From contig LBWK01000002.1 of assembly GCA_000993565.1 (NCBI GenBank), positions 224,800 to 288,799 on the forward strand: DNA of 64,000 nucleotides, written 5' to 3'. A model generated the notes under the pieces. The model was not told the DNA's origin and did not search any database. It worked only from the letters and a program-made list of their open reading frames with translations. The stretch comes from a candidate division WS6 bacterium GW2011_GWF2_39_15 (GTDB lineage: Bacteria > Patescibacteriota > Dojkabacteria > SC72). Each line of letters starts with the position of its first letter. Within the stretch, counting starts at the first letter, position 1. The position numbers were made by a program, and so were the translations under genes. Shown here piece after piece: positions 44,823-55,581 of the stretch.

Positions 44823-47789
44823 ATGCTTAAACTATTTTCTGGGATATTCGATTCCAATGAAAAACAGATAAATAAAGCCAAACCGCTAATTGAGAAGATT
44901 AATTCTTTTGAAAAAGGGATCTCGAAACTGTCTGATGAGAAATTGAGAGAAAAAACAGATGAATTCCGAAAGATTCTAAAGTATGACAGAGAGAAAAACA
45001 GGCAAGAGTTTGTAAAACTTTCCGATTCGCAGCTACGTAAAAGACTTGACGAGGAAAAGTCTGTGCTGACTGAGATCATTCCAGAAGCATTTGCAGTCGT
45101 CAGGGAAGCATCAAAGAGGGTTTCGAACCATAGGCACTTTGATGTACAGATGATGGCAGGATATTTTCTTTTTGAGAACAAAGTAGTTGAACTGTTTACG
45201 GGAGAAGGAAAAACACTTGCTGCAAATATGCCTTTATACCTTTATGGACTAACCAGCAGAGGGGCACATTTAGTAACTGTAAACGATTATCTTGCTCGAA
45301 GAGATGCAGAATGGACTGGTCATATTCTTAATTCTCTGGGAATAACAGTTGGTGTTATCAATAACGGTGATCAGTATCGCTTTATTTCAGATGAGGAAGC
45401 TATAAAACTCAAGGGGAGTGAAGCCAAGAAGCTTATTAAAGAGAGAAATGATAAATCAAAGGCATCCGGATCTCTAAAATACAGTCATATGTCTGGTGTA
45501 AATCTGATTGAGTGCTCCAAGAAAGAAGCTTATGCATGTGATGTTGTATACGGAACAAATAACGAGTTCGGTTTCGATTACTTGAGAGATAATATGGCTC
45601 AGACGCTTGATGAGATCGTCCAAGGGCCGTTGTATTTCTCTATTGTTGATGAGGCGGACTCTATTTTGATTGATGAGGCCCGTACTCCTCTTATCATCTC
45701 TACGAACGCCCAGGCTTCAAATGATATGTACATGCAGTTTGCAAAAGTCGTTAATGTTGTGACAAAAGAGAAGGACTATACTGTTGATGAGAAATCTCAT
45801 GCAGTATCCCTTACGGATGAAGGTCTAGATAAGATTGAAAAAGCTTTGGGAGTTAAAAATGTTTATGAAGATGCCCAACTTGCCTATCACCTTGATAATG
45901 CACTTAAAGCTAAAGAGCTATACAGACTTGATGAAGAGTATATAGTTCGAGACGGTGAAGTCTTAATTGTTGATGAGTTTACAGGTCGTGTATTGCCGGG
46001 GAGAAGATATAGCGAGGGCTTGCATCAGGCAATAGAAGCCAAAGAGGGTGTAGAAGTTAAAAGGGAGTCAAGAACTCTTGCGACAATCACCCTTCAGAAC
46101 TACTTCCGTCTTTACAGCTTCCTGGCGGGAATGACAGGTACGGCTTTAACGGAGGCTGAGGAGTTTGCCAAGATCTATAAACTTGATGTTATGGTTATCC
46201 CTACCAATCGTCCTGTTGTGAGAGAGGATCTTGCAGATGTAGTCTTTAGAACTCAGGAAGGGAAGTTTAAAGCAATAGTTGAAGATATTAAAGAACATAA
46301 CAAAAAGGGACAGCCGGTGCTTGTTGGTACCACTTCTGTTGAGAGATCGGAGATACTTTCGGACATGCTCTCAAAAGAGGGCGTAAAGCATAGCGTTCTT
46401 AATGCGAAACAGCATGAGAGAGAGGCTAGCGTCGTTGCTGAGGCAGGTCTTAAAGGACAGGTCACAATTGCTACTAACATGGCAGGTAGAGGTACTGACA
46501 TCTCTCTTGGTGAAGGTGTAAAAGATGTCGGTGGTTTGTATATAATCGGTTCCGAAAGGCATGAATCCAGAAGAATTGATAACCAGTTAAGGGGTAGGTC
46601 CGGAAGACAGGGTGATCCCGGTAAGTCAAGATTTTATGTCTCTTTTGAAGACGAGCTCATGAGGCTTTTCGGAGGAGACAAAATGAATGTGATTATGAGC
46701 AGTATTGGTATGGCTGATGATATGCCTGTATCAATAGGGCTTTTAGGGAGGAGTATTGAATCAGCTCAGAAGAAGGTAGAAGCATATAACTATGACATCC
46801 GAAAGAACCTGGTCGATTATGATGACGTTTTAAACAAACAGAGGGATATTATATACGATATCAGGAGACAGATACTTCAGTCTGCTGAGAGTATTCAGGT
46901 TGATAACAAAATGGTGGAGATTAAGAATAAGGATCTTGCTAACATAGATCTAGTCAAGCTTATGTCTGAGCTTGATTCTTTTATGTTAAGTAGCAGAGAT
47001 TCGTGGAAGCTTAAGTATACTCCTAGTCTTCTTAAACTAGATCACCCGATTATTTTCTGGATTCTTAAAAAGGCTTTGGAACATACAAAAACGATTATCT
47101 TCAACCAGCTTCAGGACGATATGGAAATAGATAAAGAGGAAGAGAGAAAGGGTGTGTCGCTTCTTAAATCTATGCTGACTGATGAGCTTTTTGAGATTGC
47201 AGTAAAGCTTTCTGGGTTTAAAGATTCTAAAGAGTTTTTCAATAGGTATGATGAGTCAAAAGTAGTTTCTGAGAAGTTGGATATGCTGCTTAAGATTGTT
47301 GTCTCAGGGTTTATATTTCATATAAATGCTCTCGGACATAAACCTATTGTTGATATAACAAAGCTTCTAACTCTTCAGACGATAGATAATCTCTGGATGG
47401 AGCATCTTGATACGATGCAGGATCTTAGAGAAGGAATAAACCTTAGAAATCTTGCACAGAGAGATCCGTTGGTTGAGTACAAAAACGAAGGCTTTGCTAT
47501 GTTTGACAGCCTTATGCAGAGCATAGACGACGGTCTTGTTAATAGATACTTTAAAGTTAGGGTGGTGACTGAACAGAAAGTTGAAGGCGAAGAAGTGAAA
47601 GAAGATGTCCCAACTCCACTTGAGGCAGGTGAGAATCATTCCAAAGAAGGTATAGTGCAAACGACAGTACGGAAAAGTGTAAATATTGGTAGGAACGATC
47701 CTTGTCCTTGTGGAAGCGGAAAGAAATATAAAAAGTGCGGATTACTAAGTACTCCTGAACATCAGAAATTGATGAGAGGAAAGAAATAG
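44823..47789 (+). CDS. secA: Preprotein translocase ATPase SecA
   Basis: MLKLFSGIFDSNEKQ.... FTGEGKTLAANMPLYLYGL (Walker A). DEAD-like VDEADSILIDEARTPLIIS. C-terminal Zn finger CPCGSGKKYKKCG. Confidence 0.95.
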   Translation: MLKLFSGIFDSNEKQINKAKPLIEKINSFEKGISKLSDEKLREKTDEFRKILKYDREKNRQEFVKLSDSQLRKRLDEEKSVLTEIIPEAFAVVREASKRVSNHRHFDVQMMAGYFLFENKVVELFTGEGKTLAANMPLYLYGLTSRGAHLVTVNDYLARRDAEWTGHILNSLGITVGVINNGDQYRFISDEEAIKLKGSEAKKLIKERNDKSKASGSLKYSHMSGVNLIECSKKEAYACDVVYGTNNEFGFDYLRDNMAQTLDEIVQGPLYFSIVDEADSILIDEARTPLIISTNAQASNDMYMQFAKVVNVVTKEKDYTVDEKSHAVSLTDEGLDKIEKALGVKNVYEDAQLAYHLDNALKAKELYRLDEEYIVRDGEVLIVDEFTGRVLPGRRYSEGLHQAIEAKEGVEVKRESRTLATITLQNYFRLYSFLAGMTGTALTEAEEFAKIYKLDVMVIPTNRPVVREDLADVVFRTQEGKFKAIVEDIKEHNKKGQPVLVGTTSVERSEILSDMLSKEGVKHSVLNAKQHEREASVVAEAGLKGQVTIATNMAGRGTDISLGEGVKDVGGLYIIGSERHESRRIDNQLRGRSGRQGDPGKSRFYVSFEDELMRLFGGDKMNVIMSSIGMADDMPVSIGLLGRSIESAQKKVEAYNYDIRKNLVDYDDVLNKQRDIIYDIRRQILQSAESIQVDNKMVEIKNKDLANIDLVKLMSELDSFMLSSRDSWKLKYTPSLLKLDHPIIFWILKKALEHTKTIIFNQLQDDMEIDKEEERKGVSLLKSMLTDELFEIAVKLSGFKDSKEFFNRYDESKVVSEKLDMLLKIVVSGFIFHINALGHKPIVDITKLLTLQTIDNLWMEHLDTMQDLREGINLRNLAQRDPLVEYKNEGFAMFDSLMQSIDDGLVNRYFKVRVVTEQKVEGEEVKEDVPTPLEAGENHSKEGIVQTTVRKSVNIGRNDPCPCGSGKKYKKCGLLSTPEHQKLMRGKK

Positions 47790-47794
47790 TTTCT

Positions 47795-48763
47795 ATGCAA
47801 GATACAATCTATAAAAACGTCGAAAATCTCGAACCCGTTATTTTAGAACTTCTTGAAACCAAAGCATTCAAAAGATTGGAATACGTCTCGCAGCTTGGAG
47901 TTCCCAAGAGGTATTATGAAGGGATCGGATTCTCAAGGTTAGAGCATAGCAAAGGGGTTTTTGTGCTTCTCCGAAATCTTGGAGCTTCTTTGGAAGAACA
48001 GATTGCAGGCCTTCTTCACGACATATCACACATGGCCTTTTCCCATGTAATAGATCATATCTATACAAATGACGTTGGTGATGAACTTCTTCAGGATCTT
48101 AGACATGAAAAAGTTATGTCAGAGTTTGATTCCTCTGTGATTCTTAAGAGATATGGTTATAACCCGACTAAACTGGCTCAAATGGATCTCTATAACCTTC
48201 TTGATCGTCCAATACCGTATCTTTGTGCTGATCGAATAGACTACTCCTTAAGGCAATTTCCATTAAAGGAGTCTAAGAGATTTGCCAAAAGCCTTATTTT
48301 GAAAGATGGAAGAATTGTTTTTAATGGGAAGGATAGTGCAAAGGAATTTGCGATCCTTTTTCTGAATGAATATGCAACAAACTGGGGGACATTCTGGAAC
48401 CTTGGTAAATATACATTAATGGCGGGAATGCTTAGGGAGGGTATTAAAGAAGAAATAATTTGTGAAGAGGATCTTTGGCAACCAGAAAACTGGATTCTGG
48501 AAAAATTGCTAAATTCTGGGAATCAGAAGATACAGACCATTCATAGTATCCTTTCATCTGGAAGGGATGCTATGAACAGCCTTCCTGTAACCGGAGATAA
48601 GAGTAGAAAGAAGTTTCGGTATGTTGATCCCGAGTTCCTTGATAAAGGAAAGATCTTAATCCTAAGTAATGTAGATTCAGAGTTTAACCAGCTTGTTGAA
48701 GAGGAGAGGAAGAAGAATGCCCATGGTATAGAGACTCCTGATATAGATAAATTGTTAAGATAA
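47795..48763 (+). CDS. HD-domain metal-dependent phosphohydrolase
   Basis: H...HD motif (AGLLHDISHMAFSH) and a downstream D (ADRIDY). Confidence 0.6.
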   Translation: MQDTIYKNVENLEPVILELLETKAFKRLEYVSQLGVPKRYYEGIGFSRLEHSKGVFVLLRNLGASLEEQIAGLLHDISHMAFSHVIDHIYTNDVGDELLQDLRHEKVMSEFDSSVILKRYGYNPTKLAQMDLYNLLDRPIPYLCADRIDYSLRQFPLKESKRFAKSLILKDGRIVFNGKDSAKEFAILFLNEYATNWGTFWNLGKYTLMAGMLREGIKEEIICEEDLWQPENWILEKLLNSGNQKIQTIHSILSSGRDAMNSLPVTGDKSRKKFRYVDPEFLDKGKILILSNVDSEFNQLVEEERKKNAHGIETPDIDKLLR

Positions 48764-48767
48764 TAGT

Positions 48768-48953
48768 GTGAATAAGATAAATGCTGTGTGGCACAAAGCA
48801 AATAAGATGCCGAGTAATGCTACATTTGAACAACGTCTCTTGTGGCATATTGAACATCAGAAAAATTGTAGATGCAGAGAAGGTTTTCCCGTTAAGCTTG
48901 CTCAGGAGGCAAAAATAAAAGGAATAATCTTGCCGTCAATTTCCAAGAAATAG
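48768..48953 (+). CDS. Small hypothetical protein (61 aa) with a His/Cys cluster
   Basis: WHIEHQKNCRCREG. Small ORF, uncertain. Confidence 0.3.
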   Translation: MNKINAVWHKANKMPSNATFEQRLLWHIEHQKNCRCREGFPVKLAQEAKIKGIILPSISKK

Positions 48954-49051
48954 CTTTATAACGGGGTTTGTCATAAATAATTATCTATAGGTCAATTGAC
49001 ATCCGTATAGTGTCCATAATATCCTGAATAGTACTAATAAATAAGTTCTTT

Positions 49052-49570
49052 GTGTTTCAAATGACTGCCTCAAATACAAAGACAACTGATAAAAAGGTTG
49101 TTGCTCCAGTAAAAAGTATTCATGTGGTTGTATATGCCTGTACCAATTGTGGTGAAGAGGTAGAAGAGCTCAAACTTTGTAAGGAGTGCAACTCCCCAAT
49201 GAAGGTGATACAGGTATTTGAGAAATTCGGTGAGGATGCGGACAAATATCTATCACAGCTGAAGAAAGAAGGAGAATGGGATGCTGATTCGGTAACACCT
49301 AAAAAAGCTCATGCCGTCAATGATGGCGGTATAGATAGCGATGATCTGGAAGAGCTTGATATTCCAATAAAAGGTATTGCGGATGATCCTTTTGAAGAGG
49401 AAAAAGTTGATGTGGATGATTTAACTGATATCTTTCCTGATGACGGTCAGACAGCAGGAGTAGAACCTGATGTGGACTTCCAGAAGGCCCTTAGCGCACT
49501 AGATGAAGAAGAGGAAGATGTGAGTAAGGATCTGGAAGACTTAGGTCCAGACGGCCTTCCAGAACTCTAG
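49052..49570 (+). CDS. Acidic hypothetical protein with an N-terminal CxxC...CxxC zinc ribbon
   Basis: CTNCGEEVEELKLCKECNSP followed by an Asp/Glu-rich tail. Confidence 0.45.
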   Translation: MFQMTASNTKTTDKKVVAPVKSIHVVVYACTNCGEEVEELKLCKECNSPMKVIQVFEKFGEDADKYLSQLKKEGEWDADSVTPKKAHAVNDGGIDSDDLEELDIPIKGIADDPFEEEKVDVDDLTDIFPDDGQTAGVEPDVDFQKALSALDEEEEDVSKDLEDLGPDGLPEL

Positions 49571-49634
49571 ATCTCTATCCTATAACTTTCCTCACTATTT
49601 GTACATTTATGATTCTCCTGTTAAACTTCTTTAG

Positions 49635-50771
49635 ATGAAAGATCTCAAAGTTGCTATTGTTACGGAGTATATGACTGCCATTGGCGGTTCGGATAGGATT
49701 ATAGAATCACTTCTGAAAATATTTCCTGATGCGGAGATCTATACAGCATCTTTTGAAAAGAAGAATTATTCAAAGTTTGGAAATAAAGTATATACTCCTA
49801 AGTTCTTCAATTGGTTCCTTCGAAAGAGCCTTGGCAGAAGGGTTACGGTATTTCTACCTTTTCTTTTTGAGCAGTTTGACCTAAGAGGGTATGACCTTGT
49901 TGTCTCCGTTTCTGCCGGAGCATCAAAGGGTGTTATAACAATGCCTGATCAGCCGCACATCGGAATTATATGTACTCCTCCGAGGCACCAGTGGGATGGG
50001 GATATAAATATAAGGGGATCAATGTTTAAGAAAATCTATTTACTGGGTTCAAAGATAATATCAAGTTATATTCGAGTATGGGACGTAATAGCGGCAAAGA
50101 GGATTGACTACATAGTCTCCATCTCAAAGTTTATTAAAAGGAAAGTGTATAAACGATATCGTCGTGATTCTGTAGTTATATATCCCGGTATCAAAGATTT
50201 CTGGTTCGAGAAAGTAACAGAGGGGGAAAAGGAAAAAGTTCGGAATTCATATAAATTGCCTGAGGATTTCCTTCTTGTCGTTTCCAGATTATATGATTAC
50301 AAAAGGGTCGATTGGGCGATTAGGGCCGCTATTAATAGTCTCAAGCCGCTGGTAATTGCCGGCAATGGGCCAGACCTCAGATTTCTACAAAAGCTGGCTA
50401 AAGGACATGACAACATTATATTTCTTCCTAATCTTAATGATAATGAAGTCCGGTGTTTGTATAACATGGCAGAAGTATTGCTCTTTTGCGGAATAGAAGA
50501 TTTCGGGCTTATACCAGTAGAGGCAATGGCGAGCGGAACCCCTGTTTTTGCCTATAATACAGGCGGGGTGACGGAAACAGTTGAGAATGCTAAATCAGGT
50601 TATTACTTTGAGAGTGAGAGCGAACTTTTACGGCTGGTAAATGAAGGGAAATGGAAGAGCATTAAGCCTGAATGGTGTATAATGAGAGCACAAAAGTTTA
50701 CAGAATATCAGTTTATATCAAAGATTACTAAATACATTAAGGACATATATGAAAAAGAAAGGAGCAATTAA
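49635..50771 (+). CDS. GT4-family glycosyltransferase, a tandem paralog of the next gene
   Basis: IPVEAMASGTPVFAYNTGGVTETV. The N-terminus is similar to that of the next gene. Confidence 0.75.
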   Translation: MKDLKVAIVTEYMTAIGGSDRIIESLLKIFPDAEIYTASFEKKNYSKFGNKVYTPKFFNWFLRKSLGRRVTVFLPFLFEQFDLRGYDLVVSVSAGASKGVITMPDQPHIGIICTPPRHQWDGDINIRGSMFKKIYLLGSKIISSYIRVWDVIAAKRIDYIVSISKFIKRKVYKRYRRDSVVIYPGIKDFWFEKVTEGEKEKVRNSYKLPEDFLLVVSRLYDYKRVDWAIRAAINSLKPLVIAGNGPDLRFLQKLAKGHDNIIFLPNLNDNEVRCLYNMAEVLLFCGIEDFGLIPVEAMASGTPVFAYNTGGVTETVENAKSGYYFESESELLRLVNEGKWKSIKPEWCIMRAQKFTEYQFISKITKYIKDIYEKERSN

Positions 50772-51900
50772 GGTTGCAATTGTAATTGATTCTTTGATTA
50801 CGTATGGGGGTGGGGAAAAGGTCTTACACCAGCTTCTGAAGTTATATCCTGATGCAACCGTTTTTACATCAATATCGGATAGAAAGCTGCTTAAGGAGTT
50901 TTTCCCGAAAATTAGAATCAAAAATTCCTTTATACAATATATTCCTTTTGAGAAGTATTTTAGAAGAGAGTTGTACCTTTTGTATCCGTTGGCATACAGG
51001 GCTTTCTCTTTTTTCTCATATGACGTGGTGATATCAATCTCTTCGGCTTTTGCTAAATATGTGAGGCCTTGGAATCGAAAAACCAAGCATATTCTTTATT
51101 GCTTAACACCTCCAAAGTTCTTTTGGATGAAGGAGGGGAGGGCAACAAAGAATATTACTAATTTGTCGTATCGTTTCTACGCATACTTCATGGGGACATT
51201 TCTAGAAAGAATCTGGCAGTACTGGGATAGGAAAGCTGCTCGAAGGGCTGATAGAGTAATCGCAATTTCCAACGAAGTTAAGGATAGGATCAAAAAGTTT
51301 TATGATCTTGATTCTGATATCCTATATCCACCGGTAGAGGTTTCCGAAATACCATTTAACAAGGATAAGGATACGCGTGAGAATTGGTTTTTGTATATGG
51401 GGAGAATTGAAAGGTATAAGGGCGTGCACTTGGCGATTGCGGCCTGTGCACAGGCACACATTCCTCTAAAAATTGCCGGAGTTGGTTCCCAAATGGAAGA
51501 TATGAAGGCTTTAGTAAATGAATTGAATGCAAAGGGGATTATAAAGTTGCTTGGTTTCCCCACTGATGAACAGAAGTATGAACTAATGAGAAAATGTAAA
51601 GCTTTGATATTTCCTGCCCGCGATGAAGACTTTGGTATTGTACCTGTTGAGGCTAATGCTGCCGGTGCACCAGTTATTGCCTATAAGGGTGGCGGCACTG
51701 TTGAAACGATAAGTGAAAGCAATCCTAAGACGGGAGTTTTCTTTAAGGAGTGGAATGCTAGAGAGCTCGCACGAACTATTAGTGAGTTTGATTCGCAGGA
51801 ATATGATCCGCATAACTGCCGTAAGCAGGCGGAGCAATTTTCCGCAGAGCTTTTTAGATATAAATTCAAGGGTTTAGTTAATGATGTACAGACTGCTTAA
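50749..51900 (+). CDS. GT4-family glycosyltransferase, tandem paralog
   Basis: VPVEANAAGAPVIAYKGGGTVETI. Overlaps the neighbouring genes by about 20 nt. Confidence 0.75.
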   Translation: MKKKGAIKVAIVIDSLITYGGGEKVLHQLLKLYPDATVFTSISDRKLLKEFFPKIRIKNSFIQYIPFEKYFRRELYLLYPLAYRAFSFFSYDVVISISSAFAKYVRPWNRKTKHILYCLTPPKFFWMKEGRATKNITNLSYRFYAYFMGTFLERIWQYWDRKAARRADRVIAISNEVKDRIKKFYDLDSDILYPPVEVSEIPFNKDKDTRENWFLYMGRIERYKGVHLAIAACAQAHIPLKIAGVGSQMEDMKALVNELNAKGIIKLLGFPTDEQKYELMRKCKALIFPARDEDFGIVPVEANAAGAPVIAYKGGGTVETISESNPKTGVFFKEWNARELARTISEFDSQEYDPHNCRKQAEQFSAELFRYKFKGLVNDVQTA

Positions 51901-52531
51901 GCGAATCCTAGACATCATCATTGCGGTACCCTCGCTACTAGTAGCCTCACCACTCCTGATACTAATTGCACTAGCTATTAAACTGGATGGTACAAATGGT
52001 CCTGTATTCAATGAGTCAAGTACCCGATTAGGAAGAGGTAAGAAGCCTTTTTTTATGTACAAGTTTCGTTCAATGGAGAAAGGCTCTCATATCGAATTCT
52101 GGAAAAGGCATCCCGAATTAAAGGCACTTAAGCAGGAGCTTGAGCAGAAGGGTAAGCTCCCTTCGAGTAGAGATCCTCGAGTGACAAAAGTGGGGAGATT
52201 CATAAGGAAAACTGACCTCGACGAACTTCCCCAGCTATTTAATGTAATACGTGGGGAAATGAGCATTGTTGGGCCGAGAGCTCCGTTTAAGGAAGAAGTT
52301 GAAAGGTATCTAGAGTTATATCCTGATATCAGGGAAGGTATTGATGATGCATACTCTGTAAAACCAGGTATAACAGGCATATGGCAGGTTTCCGGGAGAA
52401 ACTCAATATCGACTCCAGACCGTTATAAAATGGAAGCCGGCTATGCAAGAAGAAAAAATATTCTCGATGATATCAAAATTATTTTGAAGACACCGTTTGT
52501 AGTTCTCACTCGCAAGGGATCCACTGATTAG
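51881..52531 (+). CDS. Polyprenyl-phosphate hexose-1-phosphate transferase (small monotopic 'bacterial sugar transferase', PglC/WbaP C-terminal type). It is the initiating enzyme.
   Basis: One N-terminal TM. DELPQLFNV, SIVGPRA, KPGITGIWQVSGR. Confidence 0.85.
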   Translation: MMYRLLKRILDIIIAVPSLLVASPLLILIALAIKLDGTNGPVFNESSTRLGRGKKPFFMYKFRSMEKGSHIEFWKRHPELKALKQELEQKGKLPSSRDPRVTKVGRFIRKTDLDELPQLFNVIRGEMSIVGPRAPFKEEVERYLELYPDIREGIDDAYSVKPGITGIWQVSGRNSISTPDRYKMEAGYARRKNILDDIKIILKTPFVVLTRKGSTD

Positions 52532-52554
52532 AAGATCTTTCCTGTATAATCGTA

Positions 52555-53190
52555 ATGATGCGAAACTTTAGAGATAGAGTCGTTATTCTTAAGTCCATTA
52601 ACTACTCTGAGGCCGACAAAATACTTATAGTCTTTGGTAAAGAATTTGGCAAATTCTCTTTACTGGCTAAAGGAATGCGAAAACTTACTAGCAAGAATAG
52701 AGGGAATATGCAGACACTGTCGATAGCAGATATATCTTTTTACAAAGGACAGGGAATGCCTCTGCTTCTTGAGACAAAGGCTGTTGTTATACCTGATTTC
52801 ACTATTCTTGATATAGATAATACCCGCCGTGTTCTTCATCTTGTCTCTAGGCTAACAGGGGAAGAGCAGCCATATCCCAAAGTTTTTGATGCCTTAGTAA
52901 GTGCGATTAAAGGGGGATTGGATGATGAACGGACTAATAGATTTAGAGTCCTCCTTTTGATAGAAGAAGGTTTGATTCATGATATGAGACAGTGCAGTAT
53001 TTGTGGCAAATCTATTGACCTGGATTTCTTTCAATTGTCTTCTTTTGTATTGATATGTAAAAATTGTTATAGTAGTAAAAAGTGGCCTAGTTCAGATATT
53101 ATTGGAACAGCCCACAACCTGTATAGTAATTCTAAATTTGTGAAAGCCATGGATAGTTATATAGATAATCTATTGTTAGAGCTAGTTTAA
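52555..53190 (+). CDS. recO: DNA repair protein RecO
   Basis: N-terminal OB-fold region (VVILKSINYSEADKILIVFGKEFG). C-terminal Cys4 cluster (CSICGKS...CKNCY). Confidence 0.7.
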   Translation: MMRNFRDRVVILKSINYSEADKILIVFGKEFGKFSLLAKGMRKLTSKNRGNMQTLSIADISFYKGQGMPLLLETKAVVIPDFTILDIDNTRRVLHLVSRLTGEEQPYPKVFDALVSAIKGGLDDERTNRFRVLLLIEEGLIHDMRQCSICGKSIDLDFFQLSSFVLICKNCYSSKKWPSSDIIGTAHNLYSNSKFVKAMDSYIDNLLLELV

Positions 53191-53191
53191 A

Positions 53192-55030
53192 GTGAAAAAG
53201 TCTATTTTTGTATACTTCATCCTCCTTGTTATCCTGTTTCTCATTCCTATCTACCTGGTTTATATAAGAAATGTAAATGCTTCATCGGTTAAGGGTCTGC
53301 ATACCGCAACAGTTTCCGCCTCAATTGATATAGACCCTTATTCTACAGTCGCTATAAATGCTCCTAATACTGAAGTCGGACTCAGTCGAGATGTGAGGGT
53401 ACGAATAACTGATAGAAATGGTACTCCTCTTGTAAACCGAAATGTTGTCCTTTATACAGATATTCCTGGACAGCTTCAGTTTGTCCAGCCCCCACTCACT
53501 GACTCAGATGGAATAGCGGACGGGGAGGTGACATCTTTAATCCCTGGTGTTTTTACAGTGAAAGCAAAGGATGTTACCTTCAGTACTGAGATTCTTATCC
53601 AGGACACAGAGGCATTATATGTTTTTCCAATTCCTTCACCTGTTGTTAGTGAGGAGCCGTACTATACAGCAGGCACTGCAAATACTGTATCCTGCTCAGA
53701 AATTAACGGATTAGACGGCCATTATCTGTATCAATTTCAAGTGGCGACTGATAATGCATTTAGTAAAATTGTTTCAACATCGCCTTTATCTTCGTCTTTA
53801 GAGCATACCTTTTCCGGACTTAGCCATAATATCATGTACTTTTACAGGGCTAGGGCACAGAATAGCGGTGGGCAGTTTAGTGAATGGTCAGACCCTGTGT
53901 TTAGTGCACAAGATAATGTCCCACCCGTTTTTGTGTATGTAGAAGGGGCTAAAATGATTAAGATAAAGAGCTCTTTTCAGATAGAGTTTAAGTTTAATAT
54001 TGTTGAGGAACATTTCTTGAAGTCAATTAAACTTTTTTGTAAAACCAGTGCTGGGCTGAAATCGTGCGGGACACTGCAGGTGACGGGGAATAGCTATACT
54101 GCGGTTATCCCTTTTGAACAGTTGGAGAGGGGAAGGTTTTTGAATTATAAGGATAGTTACACTTTTTGTGTATCCATTGTTGACAATGCTGATCGGGTAA
54201 CTCAAAGCTGCAACTTCAAAATTGATTTCGAGCCCCAGTCCAACATTCCTGATGTTCCAATAGTTGTTGAAGTTGTGAATGTAATTCTTGGGAATATTAA
54301 TAAAACCTTGAATGCTATAGACAGTACTATTTCAAATTATTTTGTAGGCCTGGCAAATATATACCTAACATTAGTAGGTCTTCTATTGTTGCTTCTTTCA
54401 ATGTTATTTTCACTAGCGGTTCTTATTGGAAATATGGCGTTGATCCCGGTTTTCCTTCATTCACTTCTGAACGCATTCAGGGAGAGAGTAGGGTTTAGAT
54501 CTCATGGAGCTCCATGTGGTACTGTATACGATGTTGAGACCAAGAAACCTATTAAGTATGCTACGGTTTATATTTACGATAACCATAACTCACTGCTTCG
54601 TACGGATGTTACAGATGCAGATGGATTGTTCAAAGCCAGACTTGATACTGGACGATACCGAATTGTTGTTAAAAGGAAAGGATATTTGTTCCCAAGTATA
54701 ATTGCAAAAAAAGATGAGGATGAGAAATACAAGCATGTATATAAGGGTGACATTGTAATTGTATCTAAGCGTAATCCAATGAATATCTCTATTCCACTTG
54801 ATCCTATGAATATGATGGATAATGATATGAAAAAGGGTCTGGTTAAGGCAAAAGTCCTTCACTTTATTAAGCACCTTAATGTTCTTGTTACTGTAATTGG
54901 GCTGGTTATAGCGTTCTATGCTTTTGAAAAGAGTGTTAATTGGTTTAACCTGATACTTCTTCTTCTGTATATTCCTGTGTTTGGAATCTATCTTAAGAGT
55001 GTTGTAAGGTTGAATATAGGAATGAAGTAG
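53192..55030 (+). CDS. Membrane-anchored surface protein with a bacterial Ig-like domain, an FN3-like domain, internal TM helices and a carboxypeptidase-regulatory-like domain
   Basis: Signal anchor. Ig-like (RVRITDRNGTPLVNRNVVLYTDIPG...GVFTVKAKD). FN3-like (YLYQFQVATDNAFS...YFYRARAQNSGGQFSEWS). CarbopepD_reg-like (TVYDVETKKPIKYATVYIYDNHN...DADGLFKARLDTGRYRIVV). Confidence 0.55.
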   Translation: MKKSIFVYFILLVILFLIPIYLVYIRNVNASSVKGLHTATVSASIDIDPYSTVAINAPNTEVGLSRDVRVRITDRNGTPLVNRNVVLYTDIPGQLQFVQPPLTDSDGIADGEVTSLIPGVFTVKAKDVTFSTEILIQDTEALYVFPIPSPVVSEEPYYTAGTANTVSCSEINGLDGHYLYQFQVATDNAFSKIVSTSPLSSSLEHTFSGLSHNIMYFYRARAQNSGGQFSEWSDPVFSAQDNVPPVFVYVEGAKMIKIKSSFQIEFKFNIVEEHFLKSIKLFCKTSAGLKSCGTLQVTGNSYTAVIPFEQLERGRFLNYKDSYTFCVSIVDNADRVTQSCNFKIDFEPQSNIPDVPIVVEVVNVILGNINKTLNAIDSTISNYFVGLANIYLTLVGLLLLLLSMLFSLAVLIGNMALIPVFLHSLLNAFRERVGFRSHGAPCGTVYDVETKKPIKYATVYIYDNHNSLLRTDVTDADGLFKARLDTGRYRIVVKRKGYLFPSIIAKKDEDEKYKHVYKGDIVIVSKRNPMNISIPLDPMNMMDNDMKKGLVKAKVLHFIKHLNVLVTVIGLVIAFYAFEKSVNWFNLILLLLYIPVFGIYLKSVVRLNIGMK

Positions 55031-55085
55031 TTATATTGAAAAAATCTCATTATGTTGATATCATCTACAGATTTAGAACCTTTAA

Positions 55086-55161
55086 GGATGTGTAGCTCAA
55101 TTGGTAGAGCAAGCGGCTCTTAACCGTTAGGTTCAGGGTTCGATTCCCTGCACATCCACCA
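55086..55161 (+). tRNA. tRNA-Lys (anticodon CUU), with an encoded CCA end
   Basis: Hand-folded cloverleaf. Acceptor stem GGATGTG/CACATCC. D-arm GCTC-AATTGGTA-GAGC. Anticodon arm AGCGG-CTCTTAA-CCGTT. T-arm CAGGG-TTCGATT-CCCTG. Discriminator A, then CCA, followed by a T9 run. Confidence 0.85.
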
Positions 55162-55182
55162 CTTTTTTTTATACTATCTCAT

Positions 55183-55581
55183 ATGAGGCCAAAGTCACGT
55201 ATTGAAAGAAGTGAGTTTGAGAGTGATCCCATAACCGCTTTAAAAGGCTATTATCCAGATAGAGATGATGTTACCGTGGTATTGGCAGTGGAGATTGAAA
55301 AAGCCTTTGATGAGGGAGAATTGTTAGAATATCCACCTCGTATTATATTTCTGGAGCAGAAGCAGGCAGTTTTGAAAATTGATTGGAGTGCAGTTTTATG
55401 CTGCTTGCGTAGTTTTGAAAAGAAATACGGTTACTTTCCAAGAGAGGCCAATCTTCCTTACCACAACCCTAATCTCTCACTCTTACCTGATGAGAGAGTA
55501 AGAGTACAAGAAATGATTGAAAATCGTCTTAAAGAGTACAATATCCGCCTAATGTTTTCTGGACAAGTATTTTTCATGTAG
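55183..55581 (+). CDS. Hypothetical protein (132 aa)
   Basis: ORF only. Confidence 0.4.
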   Translation: MRPKSRIERSEFESDPITALKGYYPDRDDVTVVLAVEIEKAFDEGELLEYPPRIIFLEQKQAVLKIDWSAVLCCLRSFEKKYGYFPREANLPYHNPNLSLLPDERVRVQEMIENRLKEYNIRLMFSGQVFFM

